From an uncultured virus (IMG/VR IMGVR_UViG_3300012041_000001) (taxonomy: Duplodnaviria > Heunggongvirae > Uroviricota > Caudoviricetes), in the IMG/VR virus record IMGVR_UViG_3300012041_000001: a stretch of 64,000 bases of DNA; one strand, 5' to 3'. Position numbers and translations under genes: made by a program. Positions 10,366 to 18,943 of the stretch are shown here, one piece after another. Every line of letters starts with the position of its first letter. The stretch's first letter is position 1. The notes beneath the pieces are model-generated. The model saw only the letters and a list, made by a program, of their open reading frames with translations. It was not told the origin of the DNA and searched no databases.

Positions 10366-11547
10366 ATGGCAGATTTTTCATTAACCACGCTCTTCGTAGT
10401 CCCTTCTACCCAGGCAGGTTTACCAGCAGCGCTGAGTACAACCCAGGATTTAGGTGCAGGAGTATTTGGGTTTTTCAAGAATGACTACACAGCTGATACA
10501 GCTGCAGCTACAGGTGCTGCACCTTATTTCTATGCTGCACAAGGTAGAGAAAATACCTATTTGCAGGCTAGCAAACGTTCAGATAAGATAAAAGGTTGTT
10601 CAGCCACAGCCAATTGTAATTCTAACGTAACTGAGTATTATAAAGTAAATGGATGTGGAACAGCCTCAAATCAGGTAACTGAAATTAGTGGTTGGACAGT
10701 TCAATGTGGTGATGTGATAACTATCACGCTACGTGCACATTCCAGTTATTTAGATACTTTGTATTTCAATGGATGGACAAGATCAGTAACAGTACAGGCA
10801 CCTTGTTGTGAATGTGATGATACTGGTTGTGAACCAATTGCAGACTTATCTGCATTAATTGACAAGTTAATTGCAAAATTGAGAGAGCAGGCTCCTGGAA
10901 ACAATCCTGATAACATCTCATTGAATCAATTCTACACTTTTGAAAATGTAGGAGGAGCAATTCTTCGTATTACTGGAAAACCATTAACCAAATATGGTGT
11001 ACCTTGTGATATTGCTGCGTTTCCTCACGAGTATGATAGAATGTGGTTCAGAACTTTCGTTTACGAAGGTCCTGCTACTACTGCTGACTTCATCGTGGCA
11101 GACGCTTGTAACTTCTTAGCAACAGCTAATGTTACACAAAGAGCTACCTATCCTATTGGTACTGCTGCAGAAATTCTTCAGTTAGAGAAAAACTACTACA
11201 GCTACCAAGCTGGTTACCTTAAACATTTATATAGAATGATGGGTTATAATCAAAACTATCAACCTTCTCTTGTAGAGGCTGGTGCTGTTTATAACACTTA
11301 CTATATTAAGTTTAATGAGTATGACAGATCTGCTTATCAGTGGGGTGATTTCATCCCAACAGACAGTATGATCATCATTGCAGCAGTTGTTGGATCTACA
11401 ATAGATGGAGAGATTAGTACTTTCTTAAATACAGCTCTTGGTCCTATTGCAGCAGTGACTCTTAATACTACTTGTGCTCCAACCACAACTAGTACATCTA
11501 CTACTGCAGGCCTAACTACAACTACAACTTCTACTCTATTCCCATAA
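10366..11547 (+). CDS. putative auxiliary capsid/structural protein (crAss gene 73-like) with C-terminal poly-Thr tail
   Basis: 393 aa, beta-rich, several Cys, ends PTTTSTSTTAGLTTTTTSTLFP; synteny; followed by a strong terminator. Confidence 0.6.
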   Translation: MADFSLTTLFVVPSTQAGLPAALSTTQDLGAGVFGFFKNDYTADTAAATGAAPYFYAAQGRENTYLQASKRSDKIKGCSATANCNSNVTEYYKVNGCGTASNQVTEISGWTVQCGDVITITLRAHSSYLDTLYFNGWTRSVTVQAPCCECDDTGCEPIADLSALIDKLIAKLREQAPGNNPDNISLNQFYTFENVGGAILRITGKPLTKYGVPCDIAAFPHEYDRMWFRTFVYEGPATTADFIVADACNFLATANVTQRATYPIGTAAEILQLEKNYYSYQAGYLKHLYRMMGYNQNYQPSLVEAGAVYNTYYIKFNEYDRSAYQWGDFIPTDSMIIIAAVVGSTIDGEISTFLNTALGPIAAVTLNTTCAPTTTSTSTTAGLTTTTTSTLFP

Positions 11548-11569
11548 GAATAGTAGAATTGTTTAACCT

Positions 11570-11618
11570 AAATGTCAGAGGTATGAGAGGATTTCTCTGT
11601 CCTCTGACATTTTTATTT
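11570..11618 (+). terminator. intrinsic terminator
   Basis: 12-bp stem AAATGTCAGAGG/CCTCTGACATTT with inner pairing, followed by TTATTT. Confidence 0.75.
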
Positions 11619-11626
11619 AAAGCAAT

Positions 11627-12193
11627 ATGGCAAATTTAAATTTAAAGATAGTAGTATTACCAACATACGATGTTGAGTCAATAAATGTAACAGATGCTTC
11701 TACCTATCCAGATCCTGATGCAGTGAGTGATGCTTTTTTAGTAGCAACCCCTCCAGGATTTGACCCTGTAAATATTCCTTTTAATGTAGAGAGTTATAAC
11801 ATACTCACTTCTGATGTCTTAGGAATATCAGAACCAGATATTAAGATGCCATTACCTGATGGTATATACCAATTTCATTATTCTATATTTCCTACGTCTG
11901 TTGTTGAAAACAACACCAAGATTACTATAATGAGAGTGGATCAACTTCAGGAGAAATTTGATAGTGTGTTTATGACCTTGGACATGATGGAATGTGACCA
12001 AGCAATCAAAACACAAGCAAAAGTAGATTTGAATACAATATATCTTCTTATTCAGGGCTCTATAGCAGCAGCTAACAACTGTGCTATCACAGAGGCCAGT
12101 GAGCTTTATGGTAAAGCATCTCAGATGCTGGACAACATGCTTAAAAAGAATTGTGGATGTAGTGGTAATAACTATATGAATAATTTTCCTTAA
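11627..12193 (+). CDS. structural protein, candidate tail hub/fibre-docking protein
   Basis: 188 aa; LPDGIY motif and C-terminal CGC; synteny with crAss tail-hub genes. Confidence 0.5.
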   Translation: MANLNLKIVVLPTYDVESINVTDASTYPDPDAVSDAFLVATPPGFDPVNIPFNVESYNILTSDVLGISEPDIKMPLPDGIYQFHYSIFPTSVVENNTKITIMRVDQLQEKFDSVFMTLDMMECDQAIKTQAKVDLNTIYLLIQGSIAAANNCAITEASELYGKASQMLDNMLKKNCGCSGNNYMNNFP

Positions 12194-12194
12194 T

Positions 12195-12296
12195 ATGAAA
12201 GCAACATGTACAGGGTGTGGAGCTCAAATGGGTTGTGGATGTCAGTTGACAAATGGACTATGTCCAGCCTGCTTAGCTAAACAGCAAACGAAATAA
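12195..12296 (+). CDS. 33-aa Cys-rich microprotein MKATCTGCGAQMGCGCQLTNGLCPACLAKQQTK (below the ORF-track cutoff)
   Basis: Fills the intergenic gap, TAATG-coupled to the next gene; CxxC-CxC-CxxC. Confidence 0.75.
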   Translation: MKATCTGCGAQMGCGCQLTNGLCPACLAKQQTK

Positions 12297-13828
12297 TGTT
12301 AACTCCTAAGATAACATATTGTAAAGAATGCCCAGCCATCTTACCTTTGATTGAAAGCATCAACTGTAAGTTGCATGCATTGAGCCTAAGTGCATACAAT
12401 AACATTGTATTCTCTTTAAACCTCAATATAAACCAATCAACTGCATTAAGTCTCTTGCATTACAAGAGAATATTAATGTATAAACTTGTAAATTCAGATT
12501 ATGCTTGTCAATTTAGTGTAGAACAAATTGCAAGCAGAGTAAAAATATTAACAGTAGGAGGAAAAGTAAGTGATTGTTCTTGCAATGAAATTGTAATAAC
12601 AACTACTACAACCACTACAATAGTCTGTTGTTCATATGTATATAATGTATCAGCTGCCTTATGTCCTGACTGTTTCTTTATAGGACCAGGTACAATACGA
12701 AATGCTACACAATTATCTGATGGAAAATACTTTCTTAACACTACTAGTAATTTAATTGTTGTAATAAATGGATTAGGAACATGTAGTACTAGTGATCCTA
12801 ATACTTTCTTTAATGACGAAGATGGTTTAAACTCTTGTGATGAGATTAAAGGTTTTTGTGCTACTACTACAACCAGTTCATCATCTACATCTACTTCCAC
12901 CTCAACATCTACATCTACTTCTACATCTACTTCAACAACTACATCAACAACAACACCTACACCAATAACATCAACAACAACAACACCTACACCAACAACT
13001 ACAACTACCACAACAGTTGCACTTACTACTACTACTTCAACTACTGTAGTAGCACTAATGGCTAATTGTGTAGGTTGTGGTGGTATAGTACCAAATTATT
13101 ATGTTGGAGTACATGAATTTTGTATTAATTTAGAGCCTGAAGGAGGAGTAGTTATATATCAGCTCTATGCTGAGGCTAACTGTGACAAGTTTGAGATTAT
13201 TCATAATGGGGTTAAAAAGGCTACCTCAGGTATGACTGTAGCTAATGGAGGGCCATTTGATGATTTATATGGTCCATCAAATATGCCTATATCTCCTGAT
13301 GAGCTTGATGTAAATCAATTTATAGGAACAGCTAGTCATGCAGCTGGAGGAATTGTTCCAACTAGAAATGCTGCATTTGCTGCAGCAAATCCAAGCTTAT
13401 CTTATATAACTGTAGGAGCTGGTTATGCCCAACTTATTTGGTGGAATTATACTCCAGCAGATTATGCAGTTAATCCTAATGTGATAGTTAGAGTTACTAC
13501 TGGACACAGTTCAGATTATGGTATGCAAAGAATGTGTCCTACTCCTGTAGGTACTACTACTACCTCTTCTTCTACTACTACTCCTCCTACTTGTAAACAA
13601 TATACTTATTCAGTAACAGCTGCAGATAGAACTGCAGCAGATGATGGTATAGTATATATAAGAGTTAAAGGTTGCACTGGAATTATATATGCTATAAAAG
13701 AAGTAATTACACATACTTCAACAAGTATATGTGCAGATTCTTCAGTACCACCATTTGAATATATTCTTGTTGGTGGAGTTGAAACAGCAGTAGCAGTTCA
13801 ACCTACACAAACTGGCAATTGCCCTTAA
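12296..13828 (+). CDS. multi-domain structural protein: hub-like N-terminus plus Cys-rich modules joined by poly-Thr/Ser/Pro linkers
   Basis: 510 aa; three Thr tracts, the longest about 60 aa; small Cys-flanked domains. Confidence 0.65.
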   Translation: MLTPKITYCKECPAILPLIESINCKLHALSLSAYNNIVFSLNLNINQSTALSLLHYKRILMYKLVNSDYACQFSVEQIASRVKILTVGGKVSDCSCNEIVITTTTTTTIVCCSYVYNVSAALCPDCFFIGPGTIRNATQLSDGKYFLNTTSNLIVVINGLGTCSTSDPNTFFNDEDGLNSCDEIKGFCATTTTSSSSTSTSTSTSTSTSTSTSTTTSTTTPTPITSTTTTPTPTTTTTTTVALTTTTSTTVVALMANCVGCGGIVPNYYVGVHEFCINLEPEGGVVIYQLYAEANCDKFEIIHNGVKKATSGMTVANGGPFDDLYGPSNMPISPDELDVNQFIGTASHAAGGIVPTRNAAFAAANPSLSYITVGAGYAQLIWWNYTPADYAVNPNVIVRVTTGHSSDYGMQRMCPTPVGTTTTSSSTTTPPTCKQYTYSVTAADRTAADDGIVYIRVKGCTGIIYAIKEVITHTSTSICADSSVPPFEYILVGGVETAVAVQPTQTGNCP

Positions 13829-13848
13829 TAAATTAAAAAATAAATAAC

Positions 13849-14979
13849 ATGAGCTGTTCAAATTGCTTTAATGGATGCGCAGGGCCTGTATCAGACAAAT
13901 GCGTTAAATATACAGGGATAGATATCCCTGGTCTTGGTATTGCCAATGGTGATACTTTGCTGCATGTGGAAAATAAAATTACTGAAAAGATATTAGGATT
14001 GATGACAGGAGAAGAAATTATACCTGTAATTGATCCTACTGTTATTTGTGATTTGGTAAGTGACTTTTTTCCTTACTGTCCACCACTTACTCTTAATGAT
14101 GTACTTACTGCATTTGTAAAAGCTATTTGTGTTCTTGATGAAAGAATAGTTGAAGCTGAAGATCAATTGGCTGCTCTAAATGAATCTTATGATATAGACT
14201 GTCTTGTAGGAGTAGATGCTTCTTCAGATACTCATGATGTAGTTCAGGCTGTCATAAATAAAGTATGTGAAGTATCTGCAGAGCTCACTGCCTTTAAAGA
14301 GGATGTAGAAAATCTTTATGTTAAAGAAGCAGATATACAGGGTATTGTTAATACAGCTATTAGTACTGCTCCTGGTGCAGGTAAGAATTACGACAAGATG
14401 GTTCCTTATATAGTTTATCCATATTATGGTTCTATAGCAAAATTTGGTATAACAGGAGTAGGAAGTGATGAGTGGGAAAAAGTCTATCTATGTAATGGTG
14501 CCAATGGCACGCCTGACATGCGAGGAAGAGTTCCTGTAGGAGTTATTGTTATGGGTAATCAGGCACTTGAATCTGAAGTTGATCCTGCTACTCCTAATGC
14601 TGGTAATCCAGATTATATCATCAATGCAAAAGGAGGAAGTAATTTGGTAAAACTTACCAGTGTAGATCAATTACCTAATCATACTCATAATCCTGTTAAA
14701 ATAACTATTACTGATCCAGGACATTCTCATCCTAATTCTTCACAAAACCCTACTAATGGTAGTGGTAGTGTCTTTGGTTATAATGCTGTTGGTGATGAAG
14801 ATCATTTTGGTTTAAAATCTACTGAATCTGCACCTACAGGATTAAAAGGGGGACCAGGAACCCAACCTACAACAGTGGGACAAAATGTGTGGGCAGAGAA
14901 CACACCAGTTGGTATAGGTGCAGGGCATGACAATATTCAACCTGTGCGTGCCCTTTATTATATAATGTATAAACCTTAA
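13849..14979 (+). CDS. tail fibre protein with phage tail-collar domain
   Basis: YLCNGANGTPDMRGRVPVG collar motif, LPNHTH/DPGHSH His motifs, C-terminal HDNIQPVRALYYIM. Confidence 0.8.
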   Translation: MSCSNCFNGCAGPVSDKCVKYTGIDIPGLGIANGDTLLHVENKITEKILGLMTGEEIIPVIDPTVICDLVSDFFPYCPPLTLNDVLTAFVKAICVLDERIVEAEDQLAALNESYDIDCLVGVDASSDTHDVVQAVINKVCEVSAELTAFKEDVENLYVKEADIQGIVNTAISTAPGAGKNYDKMVPYIVYPYYGSIAKFGITGVGSDEWEKVYLCNGANGTPDMRGRVPVGVIVMGNQALESEVDPATPNAGNPDYIINAKGGSNLVKLTSVDQLPNHTHNPVKITITDPGHSHPNSSQNPTNGSGSVFGYNAVGDEDHFGLKSTESAPTGLKGGPGTQPTTVGQNVWAENTPVGIGAGHDNIQPVRALYYIMYKP

Positions 14980-14990
14980 TAAAAAAAACC

Positions 14991-16994
14991 ATGTGTTATC
15001 CATATACAACTTGTAAATGTTCAGGTAAAACTGGCGCCTGTGATCCTTCTAAATCAGAAAATACTACTTACACAGGGCCTGATTTGCCTTTTACAGGCAT
15101 AGAAACAAATGACAATATGACTGTTGTCATTCAGAAGTTAAATGATGCTATTGCTGCATGTTGTAGTACAATCACAAGCACAACTACACTTACTCCATCT
15201 ACTACTACAAGTACAACTACAGCAGCTGTAACAACTAGTACATCATCAACCAGTGCATCAACTTCTACGTCAACAACTACTGTAAATCCTTTCTTTATTC
15301 CATTATACATAGTAAACAATTCTTGTTGTACTCCTGCTGATAGTACAGTGAGATTGATGGATGCACCAGCATTCAGTGGACAAGTTGCTGGTAGTGTAAT
15401 TACAGGAACAGATGGCAGAGCATATACATTGACACTTGCTGGTTCTATTATGGGAGCTCCTAATACTCCTATTCTTCAAAATGGTTCAGATACTGGTCTT
15501 TATCCTAATTGTACCACATGGAATGGTACTAATCTCCTTGGATGTCCAACTACTACATCAACAACTACTTGTAATGGAACCTCATATTCTTACACTATCA
15601 GAAGATATACTTGTACAGCTTGTAATCTTTCAGATTCTGTAACAATTCTTAATGCAACCAAACTTACTATTGGTTATTGGTATTATGATCCTAATTCTGG
15701 TCATGCTTTCATAGTAGATACATTTAATGGTTGCAGTGGCTCTGCTCCTAATAGAACTGTCTTAGATTCAACTCAAAGATACAGATGCAATCAATGGATA
15801 GGTTGTCAATCAATAACTACAACTACTTCTACATCAGGAGCACCAACAACAACAACTACAACTTTGCCTCCTACAACAACAACTACAACTGCACCTCCTA
15901 CAACAACATCTACTACAACACTTGGTACTAATTTCTTACCTGTAAGCAATGGTGGTACTATTTTATATAGTAGAATCTATTTGCCAACAAGTACTATTGT
16001 AACTGGTACTTTTACAAGTTATAGAAATCCTTCATTAGTAACTGCATCTGCTAACAGAATAGCAACTATAAACAATGATTTAACTCTTACTTCAACGTAT
16101 ACTGTAGATGGAGGATTCTCTGAAGCTTTTCCTGATGTAACTAATTTAAAACAACAAACAGATGGAAAAATAATTGCTACAGGATCATTTGCATCATATG
16201 GAGATGCTATTGTTGCTACTAATAATATTGTAAGAATACTAACAAATGGTGATACTGATGGTACATTTAATGCTGCTCACAGTCCTGGATTTAATGCTCC
16301 TACCAGACAGTTAGATATAGATAGTATTGGAAAAATTTACGTTACAGGAATTTTTACTACATTTAATAGTAATAGTTATCCTCGTATAGTAAGAATGAAC
16401 GCTGATGGTACTGAAGATCCTACTTTTACTGTTAACGAAGGGTTCAATGGTGAAACATCAGGTGTAAGTGTACTTCCAGGTGACAATGGTGTAATTGTAG
16501 TAGGTAGTTTTAGTCAATATAGATTAGCTGCTACTGAACCTGGAATAGCCAGACTAGATACTAATGGAATTAGTCAAAGTATGTCCATAGGAGGATTTTC
16601 ACCTAATGTTGGTGTTGCACCAAAATCTATAGCAAGATTTCCTGGACAAACTTCTTTTTATGTTGCAGGACAGTTTAATCAATACACTGGAGTTACTGTA
16701 GGTAATATTGTTAAGATGTCTGATAATGGCGTAATAGATAATACCTTTACACAAGGAAATGGTTTTAATGCTACTGTCAATACAATAGAAGTTGTTTGGA
16801 CTAATAAACTGTTTATAACAGGAACGTTCACTGAATATGATGCTCAGCCTGCTCTTGGATTTATCGTGCTAAATGCAGATGGTACAATACTATTCAGACC
16901 AACAGTACAATATTACACTCCTATTATTATAGGAAATAATTTATATGCAAGAACATCAACAGGCAGTTTACAAGTTGTATACACAAACCCATGA
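14991..16994 (+). CDS. fibre/adhesin-like protein with poly-Thr linkers and C-terminal delta-60-type beta-propeller repeats
   Basis: N-terminal YTGPDLPFTGI attachment motif shared with the 13849 gene; repeats QTDGKIIATGSF, DSIGKIYVTGIFTTFN, RMNADGTEDPTF, KMSDNGVIDNTF. Confidence 0.7.
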   Translation: MCYPYTTCKCSGKTGACDPSKSENTTYTGPDLPFTGIETNDNMTVVIQKLNDAIAACCSTITSTTTLTPSTTTSTTTAAVTTSTSSTSASTSTSTTTVNPFFIPLYIVNNSCCTPADSTVRLMDAPAFSGQVAGSVITGTDGRAYTLTLAGSIMGAPNTPILQNGSDTGLYPNCTTWNGTNLLGCPTTTSTTTCNGTSYSYTIRRYTCTACNLSDSVTILNATKLTIGYWYYDPNSGHAFIVDTFNGCSGSAPNRTVLDSTQRYRCNQWIGCQSITTTTSTSGAPTTTTTTLPPTTTTTTAPPTTTSTTTLGTNFLPVSNGGTILYSRIYLPTSTIVTGTFTSYRNPSLVTASANRIATINNDLTLTSTYTVDGGFSEAFPDVTNLKQQTDGKIIATGSFASYGDAIVATNNIVRILTNGDTDGTFNAAHSPGFNAPTRQLDIDSIGKIYVTGIFTTFNSNSYPRIVRMNADGTEDPTFTVNEGFNGETSGVSVLPGDNGVIVVGSFSQYRLAATEPGIARLDTNGISQSMSIGGFSPNVGVAPKSIARFPGQTSFYVAGQFNQYTGVTVGNIVKMSDNGVIDNTFTQGNGFNATVNTIEVVWTNKLFITGTFTEYDAQPALGFIVLNADGTILFRPTVQYYTPIIIGNNLYARTSTGSLQVVYTNP

Positions 16995-17503
16995 CAATTT
17001 TAGTAACACTAACAGTAGCAGGAACAGATACTGGCCCCTTCAGCATAATCGCACAAGCTGGAGGGGTCAATACCACTGTTGCTTCAGGAGTTACTAGACA
17101 ACAATTGCTCGATGGATATTCCATTACTGTTCCTGATAATACTAACAGTGTAGTAGTGGACTCTAATGGAGCTTGTGATAATCTCATTGTCTTTGGTACA
17201 GGGATTACAACAACATCAACATCATCAACAACATCAACTACTACCAGTACAACTACTCCAAGTCCTGGAGGAATAAATATTTCTACAGGAGCTACCAGTG
17301 TAGCTGCAGCTTGTAACTCACTTAGTGCTCCACTATTAGTATATTCAGCTGTGCCATTGGCAAAAGATGTTATAGTATATGCTAATGCAGCATTAACAAT
17401 ACCATTTAATGGTGGGTTATTATGGTATAAACAGGGAAGTATTGCGTGGTTAATTGATGTAGATGGTAAAATTACAACTAATGGTCAATTTTGTATAGTA
17501 TGA
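16991..17503 (+). CDS. small structural protein: GPF N-domain, poly-Thr linker, C-terminal beta domain
   Basis: 170 aa; begins MTILVTLTVAGTDTGPF; ATGA overlaps at both ends. Confidence 0.7.
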   Translation: MTILVTLTVAGTDTGPFSIIAQAGGVNTTVASGVTRQQLLDGYSITVPDNTNSVVVDSNGACDNLIVFGTGITTTSTSSTTSTTTSTTTPSPGGINISTGATSVAAACNSLSAPLLVYSAVPLAKDVIVYANAALTIPFNGGLLWYKQGSIAWLIDVDGKITTNGQFCIV

Positions 17504-17805
17504 TGACAGTAGTAATAACATTAACGACAGCAGGTGCAGATAGTGGTCCATTTGATTTGTATTCAAATGTGGATTTCTATGGGATTCCTTTTGAGACAGG
17601 TGTGAGTAAAACAGATTTAGAGACAGGTTATACTTCTACTGTAGTTCCAGATGGCACAACCACTATAAAGGTAAAGTCTGAAGGAGTTTGTACTAATTCT
17701 GTTAATCTTCTTTTGACAGTACTTTCTTTTCCAGTTAGTTTATCTTATGGAAGTACTGCTGCGTTAGCGTGTGCAGCAGCTTCTGGTACTGTCTTTAACC
17801 TTTAA
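17500..17805 (+). CDS. small structural protein, paralog of the preceding gene's N-domain
   Basis: MMTVVITLTTAGADSGPFDLY...GYTSTVVPDGT...SEGVC; start moved to the ATG at 17500 (ATGA overlap). Confidence 0.7.
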   Translation: MMTVVITLTTAGADSGPFDLYSNVDFYGIPFETGVSKTDLETGYTSTVVPDGTTTIKVKSEGVCTNSVNLLLTVLSFPVSLSYGSTAALACAAASGTVFNL

Positions 17806-17815
17806 ATAGATTATA

Positions 17816-18784
17816 ATGACAACTTATTTTAGTTCCTGTACTCCTATAGTTCTTAACTGTCATTTGTTTTATGATCCAGAATTAACTATTCCAGTTAATA
17901 ATGGTTTCTATTCAGATGGTACTAATTGTTTTGAAGTAACTGGATTTCTAGGGGAAATCACTGCAATTACTCCTTGTGCCATTCCTTGTAATTTAGCCTT
18001 CACTGGTATAACAACTACTGACCCTACTTCTGTAGGAGGAACTGATGGAACAATTACTGCTAATTTTACAACTGTACATGGGCCATCTACTTATACTTTA
18101 AATGGTGTAGATCAGGGAGCAGCTGTTTCACCCTTAGTAATAACAGGATTGTCTGGTGCTACCCCTTATACAATTGTCATTACAGACAGTAATGCCTGTA
18201 CAGCCACTACTACAGTGACTTTAGGTATATCTGCAACTCTATTTGATGCAGACTGGATTATGGTCACTTATGAATTTGTTGATGGTTTAGATTTAGATAC
18301 AAGATCAAGGATTGCTGTTCCTGATATTGGTCAGAATACACAACCTGAATATTTGGGTTGGGATGTTCTTGAGGCCTTTCCTGCTACAGGTATTCCTATA
18401 GTGAAATGGGGGGATGATAATGTTGGAACAGGATTTGAATCTATTCTAATAAATATTCCCAGATTTAAACAATTATTTCCTGCAGAAACTGAATTTATAG
18501 TGGATCTTAGATGTTTCTGGTTTGATGAAGTAGGGGTCATTCCTGTTGTTGCTGGAGTAACATTATGGAAAGGAGGGCTTCCTGTTGAGGATGGTTGTGG
18601 TGGTTATTGTTGGACAAATCCAACAGCAACTGCTACAGGAACTATAGACTCTGTTCCTAAGGTCATAACATTAAATACTACAGATGGTAATACCTCTGGA
18701 GAGAGATTAGCCACATTGAAATATAATTTAAATACTTTTATAGCAGTATTAAATAATGCTGATGTAACTACACCATCTGTTTAA
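17816..18784 (+). CDS. structural/adhesin protein containing an SprB-like repeat
   Basis: TTTDPTSVGGTDGTITANF...YTLNG...ITGLSGATPYTIVITDSNACTATTTVTL resembles the Bacteroidota SprB repeat. Confidence 0.65.
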   Translation: MTTYFSSCTPIVLNCHLFYDPELTIPVNNGFYSDGTNCFEVTGFLGEITAITPCAIPCNLAFTGITTTDPTSVGGTDGTITANFTTVHGPSTYTLNGVDQGAAVSPLVITGLSGATPYTIVITDSNACTATTTVTLGISATLFDADWIMVTYEFVDGLDLDTRSRIAVPDIGQNTQPEYLGWDVLEAFPATGIPIVKWGDDNVGTGFESILINIPRFKQLFPAETEFIVDLRCFWFDEVGVIPVVAGVTLWKGGLPVEDGCGGYCWTNPTATATGTIDSVPKVITLNTTDGNTSGERLATLKYNLNTFIAVLNNADVTTPSV

Positions 18785-18852
18785 CCCAATAGGTTTGTTG
18801 GTTTACTTATTGGGAGGTAATTCCCCAGTGTAAAGAGCTGGGGATAACCAAC
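18785..18852 (+). other. tandem hairpins (possible terminator or structured RNA element)
   Basis: Stems CCCAATAGGT/ACTTATTGGG and TCCCCAG/CTGGGGA; no U-tract follows. Confidence 0.5.
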
Positions 18853-18919
18853 TTAATTACAAATAATAATCGATATGGTTAGTGGAATTAGTTTATATGC
18901 TAACTATTTTCTAACTTTA
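18845..18919 (+). promoter_or_regulatory. putative regulated promoter, copy 1 of a duplicated intergenic element
   Basis: TAACCAACTTAATTACAAATAAT with TAACTTTA starting 67 nt later; same layout at 35353. Confidence 0.6.
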
Positions 18920-18943
18920 CCATGTTTTCTAATATGATTTATC

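Noticed and set aside
12863..13046. CRISPR array or non-coding tandem repeat
   Set aside because: Degenerate 3- and 6-nt periodicity encoding Thr/Ser; no constant repeat with unique spacers.
12508..13065. Val-rich minus-strand ORF and Asn/Tyr-rich alternative-frame ORF (also the 27694-27771 extension)
   Set aside because: Shadows of the poly-Thr ACN codon tracts.
17797..17818. RF2-like +1 programmed frameshift at CTT-TAA fusing the 17500 and 17816 genes
   Set aside because: The +1 frame contains TAG at 17807-17809 before the downstream ATG.
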